Positions 8,792-17,600 of a stretch of DNA of 64,000 nucleotides are shown here, one piece after another. Every line of letters begins with the position of its first letter. The stretch's first letter is position 1. This DNA comes from a virus. Below the pieces are notes generated by a model. It searched no databases. It was not told the origin of the DNA and saw only the letters and a list, made by a program, of their open reading frames with translations. The stretch is from positions 32,828 to 96,827 of IMG/VR virus record IMGVR_UViG_3300025117_000049, one strand, 5' to 3'. The position numbers and the translations under genes were made by a program.

Positions 8792-10985
8792 AAAGAAAGA
8801 ATATGGAGCTAAGGTGAATAATATTTTTGAATTAGCTGCTTATTCGGCTATTCTTGGAAGAGCACAGTTAGCTTCTGTTTTGGGACAATCTTTTGAAGGG
8901 TCACGCGATATTTACCAAGCACTGGGATACGATACTCAGATTTCATGGCAACAATATGTGGGTCAATATGCTAGACAAGGTTTTGCTAAAGCTGTTATCG
9001 ATCGCCCTGTTGCTTCTACATGGGGTCGAGGCTTTCAGTTAGTCGAGGCTGGCGATGATGAAGAGACACAATTAGAAAAGGCCTGGAAAGACCTGGAAAA
9101 ACGCTTGGGCATGATCTCTATGTTTTCCCGTTTAGATCGTCTTGCAGGATTGGGCACTTATGGCATATTATTGTTAGGTTTGTCTGATGTGTCTACTCCA
9201 CAGGACTTCCGCAAGCCAACAACGGGCCGAAGCCTTCAGCTCAAGTATGTTAAACCATTCTCGGGCATGGCTAACGAAGGGGATGCCCAAATACAGACTT
9301 GGGTTACAGATCCATCTAATGAGCGCTACGGTCGTCCGGAACTATACAGCGTTACCCTTCGCAATCTATCCACTGGCGATTCTCAGATATTGTCTATTCA
9401 TTACAGCCGAGTGATTCATGTAGCCGATGGATTAGGCAGCTCTGAGATCGAAGGTACGCCGCGTCTTGAATCAATTTTTAACAATCTCAAAAACCTAGAG
9501 AAGATCACTGGCGGTTCGGCAGAGATGTACTGGCGTGGTGCCCGTCCCGGCTATGGTCTGGAGGCTGACAAGGACTTCCAGATCACCGATGCGATCCTGG
9601 AGGATTTGCAAGGCCAGCTTGATGAATTCGAGCATAACCTGCGGCGTGTCCTGGCCCTACAGGGCATGAAAGTCAATCCCATGGCCCAGCAGGTGGCGGA
9701 CCCGGCCTCAGCCGTGGACGTGCAGATCCAGGAGATATCGGCCACCACGGGCATTCCCAAGCGCATCCTGACCGGCAGTGAGCGTGGCGAGCTGGCCTCC
9801 AGCCAGGACCGGGAGAACCAAGCGGACTATATCGAGGACCGCCAGCTGAACTTTGCCGAGCTCAGGATCATCAGGGCCACGGTGGACAGGTTCATCGAGT
9901 TGGGCATCCTGCCCCCGGCTTCCACCGAAGAGGGGTATTCCATCCAGTGGCCAGACACCCGGGAGCCCAGCGATAAGGACCGGGCTGATGTGGGCAAGGT
10001 CCGGGCCGATGCCATCAAGAGCTATGCTTCGGCGCCCACCGCAGAGGCAGTCATGCCTATCCAGTCGTTCCTCAGGTTGTGCCTTGGGCTCACAGAGGAT
10101 GAGATTGTTCTGGTTGAAGAGGAAAAGGCGGCTGTCCAGGCAGAGGAGGAAGCTGAGCAGGCTCAGATGACAGACGAAGAGCGAGCCGCCCAGGAAGCTG
10201 AGGAGGCTGCTGCTGAAGCTGAGACTAAAAGACAGCAAAGAGAAGAAGTACCTGTAAACCCTAATCAGCCTGTGGTTCAATCCAATCCATGTCATAATCC
10301 AGCTGGTTCTGCGGGAGGTCAATTCTGTACAACTCCTGGCGGTGGTAGCAACAAGGAGCTTTCTGGCAAAGAAAAAGAATCATTAGTAGCATATCAGCGG
10401 ACAAATTACCCTGAAGTGAATGGACATCTACGTGGAACCATGAATCTTCATCGCGATGATAAGGCTATAATCAATGATTATATTAAGAATCTTGATAGTA
10501 TCTTTAAAAAAGCAAATGAAGTTGAAGTGAATGTTTTTCGTGGTACTGATGCCGAGTTTACAAGAGGTATTTTTGAGAAGACAGGGATCCTAAAGGAATT
10601 GAAAGGAGCAAAAGTTGAAGGCATCACGAATAGTGATAAGCCGCCTGCGGGGTTTTCCACCTGGGATAAATATTTCAATGCAAGATTGAGCGGCACGACC
10701 TTCCAGGACAAAGGATTCACTTCTACATCGAGTAAGGAAAAAGTGACCAAGGGATTTGTAAGCCGTCGCTATGAAGATCCCAGAAACGGGGTGTCTTCTA
10801 TTTGCAACATCCGGGGAACAGCCAAGGCCATTGATATGAATAAGACCACCGGAGACAAGGTGTTCCGTGATCAGCACGAGATGCTTCTGAATCGGGGCAA
10901 TACCTATCGTATAGACAGTGTTAAGGTAGTCCGGGATAACTCGATAAACAAAAGCTATCTGAAGTTTAATGTCTCTATAATCTGA
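8778..10985 (+). CDS. portal protein (DUF1073-like) fused via an acidic linker and NPCH tag to a VIP2/Alt-like ADP-ribosyltransferase
   Basis: portal motifs AKAVIDRP, IHYSRVIH, ISATTGIPKRILTG; C-terminal Y..VNGHLR, VFRG, DKGFTSTS, QHEMLL.RG. Confidence 0.88.
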   Translation: MAVNKKKEYGAKVNNIFELAAYSAILGRAQLASVLGQSFEGSRDIYQALGYDTQISWQQYVGQYARQGFAKAVIDRPVASTWGRGFQLVEAGDDEETQLEKAWKDLEKRLGMISMFSRLDRLAGLGTYGILLLGLSDVSTPQDFRKPTTGRSLQLKYVKPFSGMANEGDAQIQTWVTDPSNERYGRPELYSVTLRNLSTGDSQILSIHYSRVIHVADGLGSSEIEGTPRLESIFNNLKNLEKITGGSAEMYWRGARPGYGLEADKDFQITDAILEDLQGQLDEFEHNLRRVLALQGMKVNPMAQQVADPASAVDVQIQEISATTGIPKRILTGSERGELASSQDRENQADYIEDRQLNFAELRIIRATVDRFIELGILPPASTEEGYSIQWPDTREPSDKDRADVGKVRADAIKSYASAPTAEAVMPIQSFLRLCLGLTEDEIVLVEEEKAAVQAEEEAEQAQMTDEERAAQEAEEAAAEAETKRQQREEVPVNPNQPVVQSNPCHNPAGSAGGQFCTTPGGGSNKELSGKEKESLVAYQRTNYPEVNGHLRGTMNLHRDDKAIINDYIKNLDSIFKKANEVEVNVFRGTDAEFTRGIFEKTGILKELKGAKVEGITNSDKPPAGFSTWDKYFNARLSGTTFQDKGFTSTSSKEKVTKGFVSRRYEDPRNGVSSICNIRGTAKAIDMNKTTGDKVFRDQHEMLLNRGNTYRIDSVKVVRDNSINKSYLKFNVSII

Positions 10986-10993
10986 GGTCATAA

Positions 10994-11125
10994 ATGCCTA
11001 ATTCTAACCAAAAAGATAAGTTTAGCTGGAAAGGCGGTGATGCGGAGATTATCTCTGTGCCTAAAGAATTGACTGAAGAAGAATATGATAAAAAAGCAGC
11101 TAAGGAAAAAGAAAAACCGGAATGA
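10994..11125 (+). CDS. 43 aa peptide after the portal-ART (candidate ART inhibitor)
   Basis: MPNSNQKDKFSWKGGDAEII...; GAGG RBS; same AT-rich composition as the ART cassette; below the ORF-track cutoff. Confidence 0.6.
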   Translation: MPNSNQKDKFSWKGGDAEIISVPKELTEEEYDKKAAKEKEKPE

Positions 11126-11301
11126 CCGCCACCGTCCTCCCCATCAAACCCAACTCCCACACCCATGAACGCCTGCGCCGCCAACGCCAGGAGGCCAGGG
11201 ATCGCATTATCGCTAAGATTGGCATGCGCATGGAGGATTCTCCGCTGTTTGAAGAGGAACTGCGCATGATGGCCTATGAAGAGAGCTTGAAATCCAGATG
11301 A
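11122..11301 (+). CDS. hypothetical 59 aa protein
   Basis: ATGA overlaps at both ends (with 11125 and 11298). Confidence 0.6.
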   Translation: MTATVLPIKPNSHTHERLRRQRQEARDRIIAKIGMRMEDSPLFEEELRMMAYEESLKSR

Positions 11302-13868
11302 AAACCCTGCCTTTCAAATCGCTCCAGTCCACTACCTACAAATCCCTTGGGATGCGGCCGGCCAAGAAATTGACTGTGTTATCCAACCCCTGCCATGATG
11401 AGCAAGGGAGGTTTTGTAATACGACAAGTCAGAGCGGCGAAAGCACTGTTTCAAAATCAGAAAAAGAACTTATGTCAAAACTTAAAAGAGCAAAGGATCA
11501 TGGGAAGAAAGATAAGATATTTTATGATGCAAATTTAAGCAAGGAAGATAGTGATCGCCTGGTTATGGCTATGATTACTACGGTTCCTAAAGGTCAGTAT
11601 AAACTACATAGTAGAGAATATGGCGTAAATATTCGTGATGTCATTTATGACATGTATGGAAATATGCCATCTAATATTCTATCTGAATCAGTGTTATTAG
11701 GGGCAAGCATAAGATACCCCAAGAAAGTTCGGGCTACATTTACTCATGACATGGATAAACTCACTGTCTTATCAGAAAATGTTCTATCTGCCCACACCCA
11801 GCCAAAGCCCAAACCCGGCTCCAAGCCCCGCCTCGTCAAAATCAACGGCCTGCTGGCCCACCAGGCATCATCCAGGATTGACCCCACCAGGACCACAGGC
11901 CTCAGGAACCGTTGGGCTGCCGAGATGGGCCGCCGGTTTACTGCCCTGAGACGGCTGATATGGAAGACCATCGTTGATGACGATTGCTTCGGGATCGGTC
12001 CTGCCTATGAGATGTATCGGCCGGCTGCGTATAGCAACCCTTGCCATGATGAACAAGGGAGGTTTTGTTCGACTGGTGGAGGGAGCGACCAAGCTGGTGG
12101 TATCATGAAGATGTTCCATGGTACTTCATCTGATTACATTGATTCAATTAAAGAACATGGATTAATTCCAGGCAAGACCCAAGGAGGAGATTCTTGGGCT
12201 GCTAAACAGGGATGGAATGATTGTATCTCTGAAATAGGAAGTCAGAAAGTCTCTGTTTACATGACCAATAAATTAAGGATAGCAGATCAATATGCTAGGT
12301 ATGCCGCTGAAATGTCTGGTGGGGTTCCAGTAATATTAGAGGTCGTAGTCCCAAAGTCGTTTATTGGAAAGCTGTCAAAAGACGAAAAAGATTCTGATGC
12401 GATTAAATTCAATGGAAAAATTAAGCCTGATTGGATAACCAGAATTATTAGTCAAAGTGAAGTTAGCCCTCCTCTTGAAGGTCCATCTATAGTAATCCGC
12501 AAAAAGAGTAGAATGATATCATTAAGCCAAGACCAATCGAAGGTTTTTTATATTGCCACCATTGTAGATAACCAACCTGTCTCCACCACCCACACCCTAT
12601 CCACCCCAATAATCCACATTAAATTCGACTTCCCTCGTCTGGAGGACAAGATTCCAGCCTTCATGCAATGGCTCCAGCAACAGCAAGACGAGGGCATACT
12701 GGAGCTGGTCACCCTGCCCCGCATGGGCCAATCCCTGGGCGAACCGTGGACGAATATGTTTGTTAAGGATAGCTACGAGCGCGGGGTCATCCGTGCCCGT
12801 GAGCAATTGATGTCCGCCGGTTATGGCACCCCTGGTCTAGGGGCTGGGGAGTTGCCGTTGCTGGGCTTACCAGGTATGACCTCCGGAGTGCTTGCAAACC
12901 CCTTCCACGTCGATCGTCTCGCCTCAGTGTACCTTCGGGCCTACGATGGCCTTAAAGGGATTTCAAATGCAATGTCTATGCAGATATCGCATGTGCTGGC
13001 CCAGGGCCTTGCTGACGGGGACAATCCTATCACTCTGGCCAAGAAGATGAACTACGTCATCTCAGGCATGGGCAAGGATATGGGTATCACCGATTCGTTG
13101 GGCAGGTTCATCCCAGCCGAGCGCCGGGCCAAGATGCTGGCTAGGACGGAGGTGATAAGAAGTCATGCACAAGCCCAATTGCAGGAATTTAAGGTATGGG
13201 GTGTAGCCGGAGTCGATGTGGTTGCTGAATGGGTAACGGCCGGCTTCAATGTCTGTCCTCAATGTCAGGATAAATCCCGGCAAGGACCATACACGATTGA
13301 GCAAGCATGGAACCTGATACCTTTCCATCCCCATTGCCGATGTTGTTGGGTCGCAAAACCTAGGAATGAACTTTATGTCCATTCCAACCCCTGCCATGAT
13401 GAGCGGGGCCGGTTTTGTTCGACTGGTGGCGGAAGCGGAGGGGCAACCGTCAGGACATTCTTAACTCCCGAAACTGCAGAAGAATTCCTAAATAGTGATG
13501 CTCGTGATGTAGGCATATTTAATTTGTATTCTGATCGTTGGCTGCGTAGCTCAGACGGCGAGGCCAAGGAATATGCCTATGAGGTGGCCAGGAACAGCGT
13601 GATGTTGCAGAGGGCACTTCAGGTTGAACACTTCAAATCCCAAGACCTTCCGGAGCAGGTTGATTTATATCGTGTAGGGCCTGCCCATGGAGGACAAGGG
13701 TCAGTGGTTTCTTTTTGGCCCAGTAAGAGTGCCGCTGAATCATATCAAGAAGGATTTAGGATCGAATCGATTCATAAATATCAAGCACCATTGGATAGCG
13801 TGGTTCCAAGCAGGAGTGGTGCTGGAGAATTATGGGCCAATGTTAATGAGATAAGACAGGTTGATTAA
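11298..13868 (+). CDS. MuF / SPP1 gp7-like minor head protein carrying three NPCH-tagged inserted domains
   Basis: DPTRT, RAKMLARTEVIRSH, VCPQC...IPFHPHCRCCW MuF motifs; inserts include a Tpt1/KptA-like ART (FHGT...SIKEHGL.P...VYMT) and an R-S-E-like ART (LYRVG...VVSFW...GEL). Confidence 0.88.
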   Translation: MKTLPFKSLQSTTYKSLGMRPAKKLTVLSNPCHDEQGRFCNTTSQSGESTVSKSEKELMSKLKRAKDHGKKDKIFYDANLSKEDSDRLVMAMITTVPKGQYKLHSREYGVNIRDVIYDMYGNMPSNILSESVLLGASIRYPKKVRATFTHDMDKLTVLSENVLSAHTQPKPKPGSKPRLVKINGLLAHQASSRIDPTRTTGLRNRWAAEMGRRFTALRRLIWKTIVDDDCFGIGPAYEMYRPAAYSNPCHDEQGRFCSTGGGSDQAGGIMKMFHGTSSDYIDSIKEHGLIPGKTQGGDSWAAKQGWNDCISEIGSQKVSVYMTNKLRIADQYARYAAEMSGGVPVILEVVVPKSFIGKLSKDEKDSDAIKFNGKIKPDWITRIISQSEVSPPLEGPSIVIRKKSRMISLSQDQSKVFYIATIVDNQPVSTTHTLSTPIIHIKFDFPRLEDKIPAFMQWLQQQQDEGILELVTLPRMGQSLGEPWTNMFVKDSYERGVIRAREQLMSAGYGTPGLGAGELPLLGLPGMTSGVLANPFHVDRLASVYLRAYDGLKGISNAMSMQISHVLAQGLADGDNPITLAKKMNYVISGMGKDMGITDSLGRFIPAERRAKMLARTEVIRSHAQAQLQEFKVWGVAGVDVVAEWVTAGFNVCPQCQDKSRQGPYTIEQAWNLIPFHPHCRCCWVAKPRNELYVHSNPCHDERGRFCSTGGGSGGATVRTFLTPETAEEFLNSDARDVGIFNLYSDRWLRSSDGEAKEYAYEVARNSVMLQRALQVEHFKSQDLPEQVDLYRVGPAHGGQGSVVSFWPSKSAAESYQEGFRIESIHKYQAPLDSVVPSRSGAGELWANVNEIRQVD

Positions 13869-13893
13869 CAACCACCCTCCCAAAAAATAAATA

Positions 13894-13932
13894 TTAGGGG
13901 TTTTGGGCCAGAATATTTATATTTAATTCAAC
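13894..13932 (+). promoter_or_regulatory. putative late promoter
   Basis: TTAGGGGTTTTGGGCCAGAATATTTATATTTAATTCAAC. Confidence 0.7.
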
Positions 13933-14151
13933 ATGGTAATTAGCAATCACAAGGACATGAAATTGACACCAGAAACCTGCAAGCACCAGGACCTGCTCTG
14001 TACGGAATGTCCAGACAAACTTTCGTGCGAGCCTTTGGCCCTGGAATTGCAGTCGCCGGTCTTTGGTGGCCGGGTTGATCCCAGGCCCCGCCCACTCCCG
14101 GCCTTCCTGAAAGGCGCCTCTAAATCCGTAAGGGCCTCATATGGCTATTGA
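13933..14151 (+). CDS. hypothetical protein
   Basis: Cys-containing ORF after the promoter motif; true start may be the internal MKLT. Confidence 0.45.
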   Translation: MVISNHKDMKLTPETCKHQDLLCTECPDKLSCEPLALELQSPVFGGRVDPRPRPLPAFLKGASKSVRASYGY

Positions 14152-14353
14152 CCTGACATGCAAGTGCACATACGGCGATCAAGGCAGGATTGAAAGCCTG
14201 ACGGTCGATTTCGGCCAACAGATGGCCATGGCTGAGGCCCAGGAGCTGGCGGACCTGCTGGAAATGACGGCGGTCGGCTGGGCTAATTGCAAGGGGTGTG
14301 TGAATGATCAATGTGACAAGCATTCCGGTGGAGCTGCTCCATCTGTCCATTGA
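14141..14353 (+). CDS. hypothetical protein
   Basis: overlap-coupled small ORF. Confidence 0.45.
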   Translation: MAIDLTCKCTYGDQGRIESLTVDFGQQMAMAEAQELADLLEMTAVGWANCKGCVNDQCDKHSGGAAPSVH

Positions 14354-14657
14354 CGTGATGCATGGCGGAATCCTTTACCGGAAGGAATTTTCCTACGGTG
14401 AGGATCTGATGGTGTATACCAGGACCTCGGCCATGACCCCTGAGACCGAGGAGGATGGCTGGAGCACCAAAGGCTGGTATCGGCTCTCCGGTCAGGACGG
14501 CAACCCGGTCATGATTAGCGATCCTGGGTTCCTGGTGCAGCTTGCTAATGCGGCTGCAAGGAAAGGCTGGCAGGTTGAATGGAACCCGGCTTTCAAGCCA
14601 GTTAAGGATTTGCCCCAGGGATTTTGTTTTCACAAGAACGCCATGGAGAATTTTTAA
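14304..14657 (+). CDS. hypothetical protein
   Basis: 117 aa ORF ending just before the protease start. Confidence 0.5.
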   Translation: MINVTSIPVELLHLSIDVMHGGILYRKEFSYGEDLMVYTRTSAMTPETEEDGWSTKGWYRLSGQDGNPVMISDPGFLVQLANAAARKGWQVEWNPAFKPVKDLPQGFCFHKNAMENF

Positions 14658-14659
14658 TC

Positions 14660-17600
14660 ATGCCATTCAAAATAGAGGATGTGGAGCGCCACAATCGGGG
14701 ATTATCAGATGCCAAGAAGGCCCAATGGGTGGCAGTGGCCAATTCTGTATTGAAGAAATGCATAGATGATGGTGGGGATGATGCTTCCTGTGCCCCCAAG
14801 GCCATACGGCAGGCCAACGGAGTGGTGGCTGTCCACGAAGATGTGCAGGTAGATTACAACCCATGTCATAATCCTTCTGGACCTGGTGGTGGGCAGTTTT
14901 GTGGGGGGAATGTTGAGTCATCTTATCCAAAAACTGTAGATGAAATAAAATCTACTCAATACGGAAAAGGGTTTTTTATTGCTCCTGATGGAGATTTGAT
15001 AGACATATCTTCAGAATTTGGAGGAGGGACTAATGATCATGTTGGCACAATTGGAATGGATAAATATGCAAAAAAATTAGGATTGCCTCAAGAAGATATT
15101 TCTAAAATGGAAAAGATTGTTGATAAATTAAATAAAATGGGAGATACTTTTAGTTCAAAATTTGAAAAATTATCAGATAAGCAAAATGAAATGGCTACAA
15201 ATATGATGTTAAAGGCTTTTGAAAAAGGGGCTTTGAGAGTACGCCTTTTTAAGGGGGTTGTTGCAATAGAAGGACATAATATTGCTTTATCTAAAATTCA
15301 AAATCTTTTGGGAGACAACAAAATTCCATCAGATAGAAAGGCATTATATATGATAGAAGGAGCTGCAGGTCGGGGTGCCTGGGGAGTACAAACTAATTTG
15401 TCTAATTTATTATTGTCTAATAGATGGAATGAAATAACAACTAATATGGCTGTCCATCTGAATGCTAATGCCAACTACACTATCCGCAAGGAATTTCTTC
15501 AAGGGAAAGAGCACATCATTGTCCCAATAATTATGATGCGAGAAGGCGTCCACAGTGGCTCTCACGGCCCTATTCTGCATCTGGCTGAGGAATTGGGCAA
15601 GTTTCCTGGTGCTTGGGATGGTATCCCGGTGTCTATCCAACATCCCCAAGAAGATGGAATGCATGTATCGGCCAACCAGCCGCACATCCTGGATGAGTTC
15701 GTAGTCGGCCGGGTATTCAACACCATGATGGACGGTCAGAAGCTCAAGGCCGAAGCTTGGCTGGACCCAGTGGTACTCAAGAACATCTCTCCAGAGGCCA
15801 TGGAATACATCATGGAAGGCAAGCCCTTGGAGGTCAGCGTCGGGGTTTTCACTGATGAGGATATTCGTGCCGGGGATTATGAGGGCAAACATTATGAGGC
15901 CGTGGCCAGAAACCACCGCCCAGATCACCTTGCTTTGCTTCCTGGTGCGGTCGGGGCCTGCTCATGGTCGGATGGATGCGGTGTGCGGACTCATCAGGAG
16001 GGGTTAGACACCAATACAAGGCATGAACCCACTTATAATTCATGGAGAAATATGATTCAGCGTTGTACTAATCCAAATTCTCCAGATTATAAATATTATG
16101 GCAAAAAAGGGGTCAAGGTTGTTCAGCGATGGCTTGATTCCTTTGATAATTTTTTGGAAGATATGGGCCAGCGCCCTGAAGGGAAGACAATTAATAGGAA
16201 AAACAGAAAGGGCGATTATTCTAAACAGAATTGTGAATGGGCGACTTCAAAAAAGCAAAATAATAGGGAAAACCATTCGTATGGAGAGCCAAGTATGCAA
16301 ACTAATGCCATTAAATTTGAGGCCATCGAATCCATCCCCTGGACCAAGTCCACCTTGGCGGATTTCGGCAAGGGCAGCAACTGGTCCACCATGGACACTG
16401 CCGACAAATCGGACATTGCCAATCATTTCCTCATTGGTGATGATGCGGCTGCCAACTTTGGTGAGCTGATGTTCCCGGTGGTCAATCCCAAGTCCGGCAA
16501 GCTGAATGAACAGGCCCTGCGGGCGGTCATCGGCGGGCGGGGAGCCCAAGCCAACATCACATCAGCCCAGAGGATCAGTGCCCGCCGCCAAGCATACCGG
16601 CTGCTCAACAGCGAATTTGATGCCAAGCTGGATGTTCCGTCGACCCTGGCCGCCGACATTGCTGTCCATGAAGACGGTGGCCTCAAGGAGCTGGCCCGCC
16701 TGGGATTCTCCATCAATGAAATAGGGGCTCAAAATCAGCAGGATATTGAAGATACATGGGGCTCAAACACATATAAGAGAGAAGCGGTACTTTCTGCTGC
16801 TCTGGGCGCGTTAAATGTAAGCCAAAAAAGTCTAGATCTTGGAGCAAAGAGGGCAACCGAAAGGGTATATAATGCAACAAGATTAGCAAGAACCTCCCAA
16901 GATCACAGACAGGCTTCCATGGCACATAAAGATGCTGGCCAGGCTCATAGAAAAAGTGGCGGAGGAGCTAAAGAGGCCATTCCATTTCATAGAACCGCAG
17001 AGAGATTGCATGGAGAGCTGGCAAGGAGTATGGGAATGACGGGCTTCTCCATCAATGAAATCGGCTACAGTGAATTGAGAAACATCATCCAGGCCAAGCT
17101 GGACCGCATGGATGATGACGCCAAGGCCCATTACCTGGAAGACATCTACGATGGCTACATCATCTATCGGGTCGAACCCAGGGGTCAAGATAGACCTGTA
17201 TCTCTAGAGACAAAGAATCTTTTCAAGCGAAACTACACGGCAGCCGATGACGGCACCGTCGAGTTCACCGGTGAATCCATGCCGGTCATAAAGCGGGTCA
17301 GTTATGACCCTGCATCACAGCGAGGAGGTATGAATAACATGGCAGATAAACCCTGCTGCGAAGCAAAGGTTCAGATGCTGATCGAGTCCGGTGCCTATGC
17401 CGAGACTGACCGCGACCGGCTTCTGACCATGGAGGAGGCTGACATCGATGTATTGGCTGCCGGTGTTACAGCGAAAGCCGCCCTGCAGACCAAGATCGAC
17501 GAAATGGCCGCCGAGATGAAGGCCATGAAGGACAAGTTGGCCACCATGCAGTCTAACGCCGACACTCAGACTACCCGGGACAAGGCCATCGAGGTCCTGA

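Noticed and set aside
11385-13430. CRISPR array or DGR template/variable repeats from the NPCHD DNA repeats
   Set aside because: The repeats are in-frame coding and 650-1350 bp apart. There are no cas or reverse transcriptase genes in the window.
16001-16300. Intein carrying the HNH domain
   Set aside because: No N-terminal C/S splicing block and no terminal HN followed by C/S/T; too short for splicing domains plus HNH.
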